Assembly (NCBI GenBank): GCA_002423435.1
Contig: DIWE01000009.1
Location: 133,161 to 157,160, forward strand
Length of the DNA: 24,000 bases
Source: Clostridiales bacterium UBA6114
GTDB lineage: Bacteria; Bacillota; Clostridia; Oscillospirales; Butyricicoccaceae
Reading direction: 5' to 3'
Shown: positions 13,560 through 23,900 of the stretch, piece after piece
How positions within the stretch are numbered: position 1 is the stretch's first letter
Layout of the letters: each line of letters starts with the position of its first letter
The notes under the pieces: model-generated
What the model saw: the letters and a program-made list of their open reading frames with translations, nothing else
The model's database searches: none
What the model was told of the DNA's origin: nothing
Translations under genes and position numbers: made by a program

Positions 13560-14063
13560 TTGAAAAATCCACTGAAAAAGGCCATGGATGCTCTGGAGAT
13601 GATGCTGAAAACCACTGTGACAGCCGTGTTGATCGTGTTTACGGTGTTGGTTGCCGTACAGGTCATATCGAGATACGTATTTCATTCACCGATCACCTGG
13701 ACGGAACAGGCGGCCAGGTATTTGTTTATCTGGATGATTATGCTGGAAATGCCGGTGCTGTTTCGGATCAAGGGAAATATGACGTTCGACCTGCTGCTTG
13801 ATAAATTTCCGGAGAAGATGCAGACGTTCATTCATATTGTGGGCATAATTCTTGTCGCCGGGTTCGCAGCCAGCTATTTTTCAGCGAGTCTCGGATTATG
13901 CATGAAATCGGTCGGCAGAATCGCGGTCGGTATCGGCCTGCCGATCAATTGCGTGTATGCCGCGCAGCCCGTGGGCTCGGCGCTGCTGTTTCTGACTGCG
14001 GCCGAGGCGGCCGTCGAGTCATTAAGGCGGTTATTCCACAAAGAGAAGGGGGCGCTTTCCTGA
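13560..14063 (+). CDS. TRAP transporter small permease (DctQ family)
   Basis: TTG start with GGGGGGG 5 nt upstream. The sequence VQVISRYVFHSPITWTEQAARYLFIWMIML matches the DctQ signature region. It abuts the next gene (TGA then ATG). Confidence 0.8.
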   Translation: MKNPLKKAMDALEMMLKTTVTAVLIVFTVLVAVQVISRYVFHSPITWTEQAARYLFIWMIMLEMPVLFRIKGNMTFDLLLDKFPEKMQTFIHIVGIILVAGFAASYFSASLGLCMKSVGRIAVGIGLPINCVYAAQPVGSALLFLTAAEAAVESLRRLFHKEKGALS

Positions 14064-15335
14064 ATGCTTGCAGTATTGGGTATTGCTTTTCTCGTCCTTT
14101 TGTTTATCGGCGTTCCGATTGCATATTCGCTTGCAATTGCCGCAACGGGCGTGATTCTCATGATGCCGGATCTGCCGAACCTTGTCATCGCTCAGAAAAT
14201 TTTCAGCTCCATGGATTCTTTTTTTCTTGTCGCGGTTCCCTTTTTCATGCTGGCCGGCGGCATTATGAACGAAACCGGCATCACAAAACGGCTCGTACGC
14301 TTTTCCGACTCGCTCGTGGGACATATCAAGGGCGGACTTGGCCATACGTCGGTTCTGACGGGCATGCTGATGGCGGGCGTATCCGGCTCGGCAAACGCCG
14401 ACGCCGCGGCGATCGGCACCCTGATGGTTCCCCCGCTGAAAAAGAGCGGGTATGAGGAAGGGTTCGCCGTTTCCCTGGTTGCGGCGGCCGGCGCGTTGGG
14501 CCCGATCATACCGCCGAGCATCATGATGATCGTATATTCCGGCGTTACGAATATCTCGATTGCCAAGCTGTTTATGGGCGGCGTTTTACCCGGAATTTCC
14601 CTCGGCATCGGCTACATGGTGCTCAATTATTTTTACGCGGTCAAACATAACCTCAATTCGCGCGGCTTTTCAGGCTGGCGCAACGTCTGGGACTCGTTCA
14701 AGGAAGCGGTTTGGGCGCTCATTATGCCCGCGATCATACTCGGCGGCATCCTGTTCGGCGTCGTGACGGCGACCGAGGCGGGCGTACTCGCCTCCCTGTA
14801 TGGCATCATATACGGCTTTATCACGAAAACCCTTACGTTACCCAAGCTGTGGCACTGCTGCTACGACGCGGTCAAGACCTCCGCGGTCACGATGATCATC
14901 ATCGCGTTTGCGACGCTGTTCGGCTATATGCTGGCGCGCGGGAATTTTTCCGAGGTGATCATAGGATTTTTAGGCGCTTTCACCACAAATAAATATATCG
15001 TGCTGGGCCTTATCGTAATTCTCATATTCATACTCGGCATGTTCATCGATCCGAACGCTATTTTGCTGATGGTGGTGCCGGTGGTGGCGCCGCTCGTAAC
15101 GCAGTATAACTTCGATCCCATCCACTTTGCAGTCGTGCTGGTGCTGGCGCTGGTCATGGGCGGCCTGACGCCGCCGGTGGGGCTGGTGCTGTACATAGTT
15201 TCTTCGGTGGATCAGACGCCGCTTTATAAAGCGGTCAAGGCGGTATGGCCGTTCGTGTGGGTCAATTTTGCCGTAATCCTGCTGGTCATGCTGATTCCGG
15301 GTATCGCGACATGGATTCCAGGCCTTATTGGGTAG
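14064..15335 (+). CDS. TRAP transporter large permease (DctM family)
   Basis: A 423-aa polytopic protein. The N-terminus LLFIGVPIAYSLAIA, and MLAGGIMNETGITKRLVRF and GSANADAAAIG, are typical DctM motifs. Confidence 0.9.
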   Translation: MLAVLGIAFLVLLFIGVPIAYSLAIAATGVILMMPDLPNLVIAQKIFSSMDSFFLVAVPFFMLAGGIMNETGITKRLVRFSDSLVGHIKGGLGHTSVLTGMLMAGVSGSANADAAAIGTLMVPPLKKSGYEEGFAVSLVAAAGALGPIIPPSIMMIVYSGVTNISIAKLFMGGVLPGISLGIGYMVLNYFYAVKHNLNSRGFSGWRNVWDSFKEAVWALIMPAIILGGILFGVVTATEAGVLASLYGIIYGFITKTLTLPKLWHCCYDAVKTSAVTMIIIAFATLFGYMLARGNFSEVIIGFLGAFTTNKYIVLGLIVILIFILGMFIDPNAILLMVVPVVAPLVTQYNFDPIHFAVVLVLALVMGGLTPPVGLVLYIVSSVDQTPLYKAVKAVWPFVWVNFAVILLVMLIPGIATWIPGLIG

Positions 15336-15384
15336 CTTTAAGCTGCTTGATGATAGGATATTAATTACGGGAGGAATGAGTAAA

Positions 15385-16428
15385 ATGAAAAAACTTGGCG
15401 CCTTATTTCTTGTCGTTTCGCTCCTCGCCGCGCTGCTTTCCGGCTGCGCACAGTCGGCGGCGCCCGCCTCGTCTGCCCCTGCGGAAAATACCACGCCGGC
15501 TGCGGATACGCCGAAGGACAAAATCGAGATCAAGTTCGGACATGCAAACTCGGTGGACCAGGCGGCAAACATTTATTCCCAGATGTGGGCAGACAGAGTC
15601 TCCGAGCTGAGCGGCGGCCGCATCACGATAACGGTCTATCCGGCAAGCCAGCTCGGCTCCCTGGACGAGATGGCCGAAGCGGTCACCCTGGGGACGCTGG
15701 ACGCATGCATGGGCGACACGTCGTTTTTGAGCAACTTCCTGCCGGAGCTCGGCGTCCTGTCGCTGCCGTTTCTGATCAAGGACTACGATATGGGCGAAGA
15801 GATCTATGACGGGGAGATTACCGCGGATCTTTGGAACAAGCTGGCGACGGAGCACAGTACCCACGTGCTCGCCTGGTGGTGGAACGGCTTTCGGATCATC
15901 GGCTCGAGAACCCCCATCACCTCGGTTGCCGACTGCAAGGGGATCAAGATCCGCACAGCCCAGGTGCCGGTATTTATCGAGACCTTTTCCCGTCTGGGCA
16001 TGAAGCCGACCCCGATGCCATGGGGAGATACGTATACCGCTTATCAGTCGGGCATAGTCGACGCGATGGAAACGCCCGCGGAGGTGATGTGTACGCAGGA
16101 GTTTGACAAGATCGGCGGCAACATCTGCAATTCCCGCCACATGCTCAACGTCATAGGCCCGACCATGAACGAACAGTTCTGGCAGTCCCTTTCCGCCGAG
16201 GATCAGGACATCCTGATGACCGCGGTCAAAGAGGTAACGGAAAAACAGCGCGCAAACGCCATCGAGCAGGAAGCGGGCTATTTAAAGACAATGGCCGACC
16301 GCGGCGCCAACGTCACGGAATTCTCGGACAGTCAGGAGCTGGTGGAGCTGTATAAGCCCTACTGGACCGAATACGCCGGACAGGCCGGGGCGGAGGATCT
16401 GCTCGATAAGATCATTGCCCTCTCGTAA
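15385..16428 (+). CDS. TRAP solute-binding lipoprotein (DctP family)
   Basis: The preferred start, ATG at 15385, has GGGAGGA 9 nt upstream. The lipoprotein signal is MKKLGALFLVVSLLAALLSGC, followed by a Pro/Ala-rich linker. The body (KFGHANSVDQ..., VYPASQLGS) resembles DctP. Confidence 0.85.
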   Translation: MKKLGALFLVVSLLAALLSGCAQSAAPASSAPAENTTPAADTPKDKIEIKFGHANSVDQAANIYSQMWADRVSELSGGRITITVYPASQLGSLDEMAEAVTLGTLDACMGDTSFLSNFLPELGVLSLPFLIKDYDMGEEIYDGEITADLWNKLATEHSTHVLAWWWNGFRIIGSRTPITSVADCKGIKIRTAQVPVFIETFSRLGMKPTPMPWGDTYTAYQSGIVDAMETPAEVMCTQEFDKIGGNICNSRHMLNVIGPTMNEQFWQSLSAEDQDILMTAVKEVTEKQRANAIEQEAGYLKTMADRGANVTEFSDSQELVELYKPYWTEYAGQAGAEDLLDKIIALS

Positions 16429-16470
16429 TGCGGCAGACTGAACAAACGGCGCGATTTCGTCGTTTGGACC

Positions 16471-16501
16471 GTTCCCGGCGGCTCGTTCCGCCGCCGGGAA
16501 C
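16471..16501 (+). other. Intra-operon GC-rich stem-loop after the binding-protein gene
   Basis: gttcccggcgg (16471-16481) pairs with ccgccgggaac (16491-16501). An A-rich sequence follows rather than a U tract. Confidence 0.6.
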
Positions 16502-16529
16502 GAAAAAACAAACAGGAGGTAACGGCGAT

Positions 16530-17240
16530 ATGAAGGCGACATGGATCGGACAGGGCGGACTGTTTTTTGAAACGGCGGGCGGCAGCAGGATCATGATCGA
16601 CCCTTATCTGTCAAACCGTATGGCGCGGCTGCGCGGCGCAGCCTGGGAGCGGCTTGTCCCCGCCGACGAGCGCTATCTCAAAGGGCAGCTCGATGTGCTG
16701 ATCCTCACACACATCCATGACGACCATGTCGACACCGAAACGCTCGACCGGCTGATTCCCGTACAGAAAAACCCGATTGCGATACTGGCGCCGCAAAGCG
16801 TCTGGGCTTTCGTCCGCGAGCGGTATACCGGGGCCCACAATTATATTCTGTTCGATCATGAGACCGAGGTAACGCTGAAGGATGCGGCGTTTTGCTCGGT
16901 CTACGCCGCGCACAGCGACGAGCACGCTGTCGGCGTCGTGCTGACGGCGGACGCGCGTACGGTGTATGTGACGGGCGACACACTTTATTCGAGGCGCATC
17001 CTGCGGGCGATCGACAGGCCCGTCGACTATATGTTCACCGTTATCAACGGAGCGGGAAACAATATGAATGCCTCCGATGCCGCGCGGCTCGCAAAAGCGA
17101 TTGCGCCTCAACACGCCATACCGATCCATTGGGATATGTTTCGCGATTTCGGCAGCGATCCCGAGGAGTTTCTTTGTTATATGCAGGACAGCGCGGTCCA
17201 TGCATTTTTGATGGAGCATTTTTGCCCAATTACGTTATAA
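16530..17240 (+). CDS. MBL-fold metallo-hydrolase (candidate lactonase)
   Basis: The preferred start, ATG at 16530, has AGGAGG 8 nt upstream; the ORF-track extension back to 16428 is unlikely. The protein starts MKATWIGQGG and carries the H-x-H-x-D-H motif in LILTHIHDDHVD. Confidence 0.8.
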   Translation: MKATWIGQGGLFFETAGGSRIMIDPYLSNRMARLRGAAWERLVPADERYLKGQLDVLILTHIHDDHVDTETLDRLIPVQKNPIAILAPQSVWAFVRERYTGAHNYILFDHETEVTLKDAAFCSVYAAHSDEHAVGVVLTADARTVYVTGDTLYSRRILRAIDRPVDYMFTVINGAGNNMNASDAARLAKAIAPQHAIPIHWDMFRDFGSDPEEFLCYMQDSAVHAFLMEHFCPITL

Positions 17241-17254
17241 GGGGTTCGTTGTGA

Positions 17255-18430
17255 ATGAAAATAACTGATGTAAAGACATTTATCGTCGACTGTTACCGCA
17301 CAAATTTTGTATTTGTGAAGTTGTACACGGACGAGGGCCTCACCGGCGTCGGCGAAGGCACGCTTGAATACAAGGAAAATGCGCTGACAGGCGCGGTTTT
17401 GGATATCAGGGAAGACTTGATCGGGCAGGACCCGTTGAATATCGAAAAAATCGTGTACCATCTCTACCGGGATTCTTACTGGCGCATCGGCGCCGTATTG
17501 CAGTCGGCAATCAGCATGGTCGAGATGGCGCTTTGGGATATAAGCGGAAAATTCTACAACGTGCCGGTGATGAACCTCTTGGGCGGCCAGGTGCGCGACG
17601 AAATCAAAATTTATGCAAACGCATGGTTCTCCGGCGCAAAAACGCCGGAGGAGTTTGCCTCGAAAGCGAAAGCGACGGTGGCAAAGGGCGTCCGGGCGCT
17701 CAAATGGGATCCCTTTGGAAAGGCGTATCTTTACATGGAAAAGCGCGAATTTTCGGCCGCGATCGATTGCGTCGCGGCGGTGCGGGAAGCGGTCGGGCCG
17801 GATGTCGAGCTCCTGATCGAAGGGCACGGCCGGTTCGACGTCGCGACCGCCGTTAAAATAGCAAACGCTATAAAGCCGTATGACCCCATGTTCTTTGAGG
17901 AGCCGATTCCCCCCGACAATTTAGACGCGCTGGCCGAGGTACACCGCAAATCCCCCGTCCCCATCGCGGCCGGCGAGAGGATTTATTCCCAGTACGCCTT
18001 CCGGGAGTTTTTAGAGAAGGGCTGCGCCGATTTCGCGCAGCTTGACGTCAGCCATTGCGGCGGCATCCTTGCGCTTAAGAAAATGGCCGCCATGGCGGAG
18101 GTCCATTACGTCGCGGTCGCGCCGCACAACCCTTGCGGGCCGATCACCAACGCATCGTCGCTCCAGCTTGCGGGCAATATCGTAAACTACCGGATACTGG
18201 AGACCATGTTCACCGATGTAAGCTGGCGCCGTGAGCTTACATCGGAAGAGGTCGTGTTCCGCGACGGATATATCGCGATCCCGAAAAAGCCCGGGCTTGG
18301 CCTGGACCTAAACGAGCGGGAGTGCCTCAAGCACCCCTACGTCCCGATCAAGCTCAGGCATTATAACGGCAATCTGACCGATATCCGGCCGAAGGAGGCC
18401 GCGGTCTGCTATTTTTACGGCATGGGCTAA
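17255..18430 (+). CDS. Enolase-superfamily sugar-acid dehydratase (galactonate dehydratase / mandelate racemase family)
   Basis: The N-terminus MKITDVKTFIV..FVKLYTDEGLTGVGEGT and MALWDISGKFYNVPVMNLLGG closely follow the DgoD-type pattern. The acidic metal-ligand regions (LLIEGHG, FFEEP, AAGER) are present. Confidence 0.85.
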   Translation: MKITDVKTFIVDCYRTNFVFVKLYTDEGLTGVGEGTLEYKENALTGAVLDIREDLIGQDPLNIEKIVYHLYRDSYWRIGAVLQSAISMVEMALWDISGKFYNVPVMNLLGGQVRDEIKIYANAWFSGAKTPEEFASKAKATVAKGVRALKWDPFGKAYLYMEKREFSAAIDCVAAVREAVGPDVELLIEGHGRFDVATAVKIANAIKPYDPMFFEEPIPPDNLDALAEVHRKSPVPIAAGERIYSQYAFREFLEKGCADFAQLDVSHCGGILALKKMAAMAEVHYVAVAPHNPCGPITNASSLQLAGNIVNYRILETMFTDVSWRRELTSEEVVFRDGYIAIPKKPGLGLDLNERECLKHPYVPIKLRHYNGNLTDIRPKEAAVCYFYGMG

Positions 18431-18451
18431 AACGTAAAAGGAGGAATCTGC

Positions 18452-19246
18452 ATGTCTTATTCGACGGGAAAGGCAGTGCTTGTGACCGGAGCGGGCCGGG
18501 GCATCGGCGGCGGGATCGCGCGGTGCCTCGGTCAGGCGGGGTACCATGTCGGCGTCCATTACAATAAAAGCGCGCAGGGTGCGCTGAAGGTGTGCGCGGA
18601 AATCAGAGAGATGGGGCGGGAGGCGCTCCCCATTCAGGCCGACCTGTCCGACCTCTCGCAGCTTCACGCGATGTTCGACACCTTCCTTGAGAAATTCGGA
18701 AAGATCGACGCGCTTGTAAACAATTCCGGCATCACGCAGTATATGCCCTTTCTTGAGGCTACCCCGGAGCACTTCGAGCTTCTCACAAACGTCGACTGGC
18801 GGGCGACCTATTTCTGCACCCAGCGCGCAGCGAAAAACATGATCGAAAACGACGTCAAAGGCTCGATCGTCAACATATCGAGCGTGCAGAAAGAGGCGAT
18901 CCTGAGCACGGCCAGCGTATACGGGCCGTCGAAGGCAGCCATCAGCCGGTTTACAAGGCATGCCGCGTTGGAGCTCGCGCCCTATAAGATTCGCGTCAAC
19001 TGCATCTCCCCGGGACATATCAAGGTGCTCGACCAAAACGTTGTGCTGGATCGGGAAAAGGAGCAGATCTCCCGCATCCCGTGGCACAGGGTGGGGCGGG
19101 CGGAGGAAATCGGCCGCGCGGTGCTCTTTCTGATCGATGAAAAATCGGATTATATCACGGGTTCGGACCTGCAGGTGGACGGCGGCTTCCCGCTCCCCGC
19201 GTTCATGGACAATTTTCTGTTCCCCCTCCCTCCGGTCGGCACATAA
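18452..19246 (+). CDS. SDR-family oxidoreductase
   Basis: The protein carries TGAGRGIG, NNSG, and S...YGPSK. AAGGAGGA lies upstream of the start. Confidence 0.85.
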   Translation: MSYSTGKAVLVTGAGRGIGGGIARCLGQAGYHVGVHYNKSAQGALKVCAEIREMGREALPIQADLSDLSQLHAMFDTFLEKFGKIDALVNNSGITQYMPFLEATPEHFELLTNVDWRATYFCTQRAAKNMIENDVKGSIVNISSVQKEAILSTASVYGPSKAAISRFTRHAALELAPYKIRVNCISPGHIKVLDQNVVLDREKEQISRIPWHRVGRAEEIGRAVLFLIDEKSDYITGSDLQVDGGFPLPAFMDNFLFPLPPVGT

Positions 19247-19269
19247 TGCCCGATCCATATGCTTCCATT

Positions 19270-19315
19270 CACATAAAAATGCACGGGGCTTTTATGCCCC
19301 GTGCACTTTTATGTG
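19270..19315 (+). terminator. Intrinsic terminator ending the sugar-acid operon
   Basis: cacataaaaatgcacggggc pairs with gccccgtgcacttttatgtg, a roughly 20-bp stem with one mismatch and a T-rich 3' side. Confidence 0.7.
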
Positions 19316-19379
19316 ATTATTCCAGACCGCCGAGTCATTGATTTAACAAAAGCCCCATACATTAGTAACAATATGATCT

Positions 19380-20942
19380 TTGGGGCGTGTTGCTTTGAAG
19401 CGGTTTGTCTTTCTGAAGAACACTCTGATTTTAACGACGACCTCTTTCCTTTTGCGGATGATCGGGATGTTCTTCCGCGTTTACATATCCAATAAGATCG
19501 GCTCCGAGGGCATGGGGCTTTACCAGCTGATTTTCTCGATTTATATCCTTGCCTCCACCTTCGCGACCTCGGGGATCAGCGTGGCCGTGACCCGCCTGAT
19601 TTCGGAGGCAGCCGGCAAAAACACGAAAAGATCGATTTCCTCCGTCTTAAACAGAGCCTTCCTTATAAGCCTTTCCATGGGATTTCTCGCGGCAGCGGCG
19701 CTTTATTTCGGCGCGGAGTGGATCGGTACCCTGTGGCTTCGGGATACGCGCGCCGTCCTCGCCCTTCGGGTGCTGTCCCCGAGCCTTCCGTTTATGTCGG
19801 TGACCGCCTGCCTGCACGGCTATTTTATCGCGCGGCGGCGCGTGTCCGTCACATCGGGCGCGCAGCTTTTTGAACAGGTTATCCGCATTGCCGTCGTGAT
19901 GCTCTTAATCGACCGTCTCGCGCCCATGGGCATCGCCTATTCCTGCGTCGCCGTTATGCTCGGAAACACGCTGGCCGACATGGCGGCCTGTCTGTATGTC
20001 TTCCTCGGGTACCGCCGCGACCTAAAAAGGAATATTCCTCCCGGCCCCCAGCACCCGGCGCCCCATCCTCCTGTCGCCGGACGTCTTGTCTCGATCGCCG
20101 CCCCGATCGCCGCGGGAAGCTATCTGACCACCATCCTGCGAACCGTGGAAAATCTGCTGGTGCCGAACTGTCTTACCCAGTACTCGTCGTCCCGTGAAAA
20201 AGCTCTTTCCGAATTCGGCATGTTAAAGGGAATGGCAATGCCGGTCCTGTTTTTTCCCTCTTCCTTTTTGTCGGCACTTTCCATCCTTCTGATCCCGGAG
20301 ATTTCCGAGGTAAATGCGTTAAGGCAAACCGCAAAATTAAACCGCACCGTCACGCTGGCGCTGCAGATCTGCACGACGATGTCCCTTCTGGCCGGCGGGC
20401 TGTTCACAATCTTTTCCAAAGACCTCGGCATGCTGCTTTACAAAAGCCCGGAGGTCGGGTTTTACATCCTGGTGCTCGGGCCGATCATGCCGTTTATCTA
20501 TTTCGAAAACATTGTCGACGGCATCCTGAAAGGCTTAAATCAGCAGGTCAGCACCCTGCGCTACAACGTGATCGACTCCGTTTCCCGGATTTCGATGATC
20601 CTTGCCCTGGTCCCTTTAAGAGGCATGCAGGCTTTCCTGTTTGTCATGCTTTTCTCAAACCTTCTGACGACATACTTAAACGCGCGCCGCCTCCTGGTCG
20701 TGACGGGTATCCGTTTCGACTGGAACAGCCTTGTCGTAAAACCGCTTTTGTCACTTATCGGTGCGATCTGCGCAATGGCCTATACGGTCGGGAACGCGAT
20801 GCAAAACGGCTTGCTCTCCCAGCTTTCCTATGTCGTGCTCGGTTCATGCGCCGTGGCCGCCGTCTACACGGCGCTTTTGTTTTTGACCGGCTGCCTAAAA
20901 ACGAGCAGCTTTGCCCGCCTGATCAAAGGCAGAAAGCCATAA
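19380..20942 (+). CDS. spoVB: Stage V sporulation protein B (MOP/MurJ-type flippase superfamily)
   Basis: FLKNTLILTTTSFLLRMIGMFFRVYISNKIGSEGMGLYQL parallels the B. subtilis SpoVB N-terminus (FLKGTLILIAAGMVTRMLGF..IGEEGVGLY). The protein is polytopic. The start is uncertain: it is a TTG at either 19380 or 19395, with no in-frame ATG nearby. Confidence 0.75.
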   Translation: MGRVALKRFVFLKNTLILTTTSFLLRMIGMFFRVYISNKIGSEGMGLYQLIFSIYILASTFATSGISVAVTRLISEAAGKNTKRSISSVLNRAFLISLSMGFLAAAALYFGAEWIGTLWLRDTRAVLALRVLSPSLPFMSVTACLHGYFIARRRVSVTSGAQLFEQVIRIAVVMLLIDRLAPMGIAYSCVAVMLGNTLADMAACLYVFLGYRRDLKRNIPPGPQHPAPHPPVAGRLVSIAAPIAAGSYLTTILRTVENLLVPNCLTQYSSSREKALSEFGMLKGMAMPVLFFPSSFLSALSILLIPEISEVNALRQTAKLNRTVTLALQICTTMSLLAGGLFTIFSKDLGMLLYKSPEVGFYILVLGPIMPFIYFENIVDGILKGLNQQVSTLRYNVIDSVSRISMILALVPLRGMQAFLFVMLFSNLLTTYLNARRLLVVTGIRFDWNSLVVKPLLSLIGAICAMAYTVGNAMQNGLLSQLSYVVLGSCAVAAVYTALLFLTGCLKTSSFARLIKGRKP

Positions 20943-20955
20943 CCCGGCCGGTTCG

Positions 20956-23900
20956 CTATACGGCTTGCTTCTCCATTGCAAACGCCCTCGCGCAGACGGT
21001 CGCCGCCATCTCACGCGTCACGGTGCCCTTTGGATTGAATGCGCCGCCGCTTCCCGTCATCAGTCCGCTCGCGTATGCCGCCCCGACTCCCTCCGAGGCC
21101 CACGGGGAAGCGGCGCCTAGATCGCGGGGCGCCGAACCGCTCTGCGCGGATTCGAGCCTCAGCGCCCTTGCGAGCATGACGGCCATCTCCTCGCGGGTAA
21201 TCGTTTTATCCGGATAAAAGCTGCCGCCAAAGCCCGTTACAACGCCGTTTTCGTATGCCGAGCGCACCTCTTTTAAATACCACACCGATTCCGGAACGTC
21301 CGTAAACGGGAGCTCTCCGCCGCTTAACGCCTCAAGGCCCAGCATGCGGACAAGCATCGCCGAGAATTCCGCGCGCGTAACGCTGTTAAGGGGCTTAAAG
21401 CAGCCGTTTGTACCGTTTACGATCCCGTCGCCAGTCGCGCTGATAATCGCTTCCACCGCCCAGGGGGAGGCGTTTCCGAGATCGTCGTAGTAGTAGGGCC
21501 TGATTTCATAGAGCGGGGGCTTTCCCGCGTAATAGCGGCTGCTCGCGGCAAGCGCCAGCGCCGCCTGCGAGGTCGCCATCTCGTCGCTTCCGCCCCCCTC
21601 CTCGTGCGAAAAGGTATTGTCGCCGAGCATAAAAGAGTAAAGCGCCGAGAGCGCGGTGTTTGACCCTTTTATAAATGCCGGATCGGAAAGCGGGTCGATA
21701 TCAAGCGCCGTAAGCGCGATGACAACCTGCGCCGCGCTTTCAGAATTGTTGACACCTTCGGATAAAAAGCCGCCATTTTCCCGCTGGTTTTCGCTTAAAA
21801 AGGAAAGAGCCCTGTCGATTGCGGCCTTGGCGTCCTCCCTGCCCCTGTAAGGGGCGAGCGCCTGAAGCGCCATCGCGGTGAGATCCGTGTCGCTTTTTTC
21901 CCCTTTTTCAAGGGAATATCCGCCATCCAAGTTTTGCGCCGCCAGGATATACGAGAGAAGCTTATCTTTTGTCCAAAGCGCGTCCTGCGGCACGCCGTAG
22001 TACCCGCTGTTTAATGCGATCAGCGCGAAAACCGGCCCGTTTACCCCCTGCATCGTAAGATTCCGATTCCGGTAAAGCTTCTCCACAAGGTCATACCCCC
22101 CGGCGTCCGTCGGATCGAGCCCCGCCATGCCGATGGTGAGGACATATTTGGCGAGGTCGGTCGGCTTTCTGATATTTCCGCCCTGCTCCCGTATGTCTTC
22201 AATGATCAGGTCGAGCTGCCCTTGCTCCGCAGTCTCGCCCGCCGCGTAAAGCGCATAGATCTCCCACTCGGAGAGCTCGCTTTTCTTTTTGAATCCCGTG
22301 AGCACCTTTGAAAGCGCCTCGCTGTATTCCTCCGGCTCCCCGCTTAGTACGGGTGCCAACGTTTCGGAAACGGAAGGCGCCCCGACGTCCGCCCCGCCGT
22401 TTACCGTGTATATCCAGCGCACAGCGTCGCCGTCTCCGAGCGTATAGCTGCCCGCCCCGGCCTGGGGGAACCGCCCGTTTACACTGTACAGCCAGCCGCT
22501 TTTTCCCCCGTGATCAAATTCGCTCAGGCCTTCGATTGTTTTTACATAGCCGCTTGATACGGTTATCGAAAGGCCGCAGCGCCGCAGCACGCTTAGAGGC
22601 GTGTCACCCGACTGAAGCTCCATCGTCGTCGCCGAAAGCAGGCTTTGTCCATTGTAACCGGTGACCGACAGGGTTATGGTATCACGGTCGGTTCCCGCGC
22701 CGCCGTCTCCCCCGTCCGGTTCTTCACCGCCGGCCGTCGAATAGCTCACAAAGGTCGTCAGGTGCTTTGTCCAGACGGCCGTATCGCCGCCGGTTTCCGC
22801 CTTCCCCTCCGCTTTGTCCGCGGCCGCGAGGCCCGCTTCGGCACTTGAAAGGTTGTCGCCGCTTAAAACGGTATCGATTTCAACGGGATTCCCCGCTTGA
22901 TCAAGATAGGCAATCGTTTTTTGCGCGCCGCCCGGGATCAGAAGCCGGACCGGCTTATTAAAGTGCAGCGTCGCGCCGGGGGCTCCCGCCGAAATGGTTT
23001 TGTCAACGGTTTTCCCGGAGAGCGCGACATTGTCCTCGACTCTCGGAAGAGCGATCTCTCCGTCCCAGCCGGCATCATCCGACGTCGCCACAGTGCCCTG
23101 CGGGATCAAAAGGGACAGCCCGCCGTCGGCCACCGTCGCCGTGATCCCGGGAAGGGCGGCGCCTTTTGCCACCCGGATGCCTGCATACGCCGTATTTGAT
23201 GAAACGCTTATCTCCTGCGGCACATCCGCCGGCGCCGACCGGAGATCGGCCCGATAAAGCCCGACCGTGTAATCGGACGGCAGGCGGACGATGCAGGGTA
23301 GATAAAGGCCGGTGCCCTCGTCATACGCCCCGTTTTTCCGGAGCTGCAGGCTGTGCGCGTCGGAAGTAGCGCTTTCCGCCGCGATGGATATCGCACCGTT
23401 TTCATCGGTTAAGCCCGGCAGCGCGGAGCCGTCCCAGGTCACCTCGGCGCCCGTGATCGGCAGTACAGTGGGGTTCCAGTTCTCGTCATACCCGTCGGCC
23501 GTAAAGCAAAGCCTGAATGATCCGTCGGCCTGTCTTGACAGAGCAGTTTTCGGGTAAAGCGTGGAAAAATCGCCGTAATAGACGACGATATCCTCGCCGC
23601 CCGAAAGCACATAGCTTCCCATCCCGACAGACGGGCTTTGGCCGTCGACAAGGTACATCCAGCCGTCATAGCCGCCGAAGGTTTTCTCAGCTTCCCCGCC
23701 GATCGAGGAAAAATAACCGCCGGCTTCGGCGTACGCCTTGCCGTTTTGCTCGAGCGCCTGCTTTACGGCGTCGGAAACGGTCAGGAGTCTGTCCCCCGTT
23801 GTCTGCGCGGAAAAATCCCGCTCGTCGACGACGTTTGCATAAATCCCCTCGACGCGGACGCCGACCGTTTTCGAATCGGCCTCGCCCTGCGGTATGATAA

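Noticed and set aside
18308-19258. A 316-aa minus-strand ORF. Similar cases are 17177..17827, 16611..17219, 15403..16140, 14970..15572, 12767..13363 and 12140..12598.
   Set aside because: These are shadow ORFs opposite the SDR, dehydratase, MBL, TRAP and GntR genes in roughly 60% GC DNA. Their translations are Arg/His/Pro-rich and carry no domain signatures, whereas the sense-strand products all carry clear family motifs.
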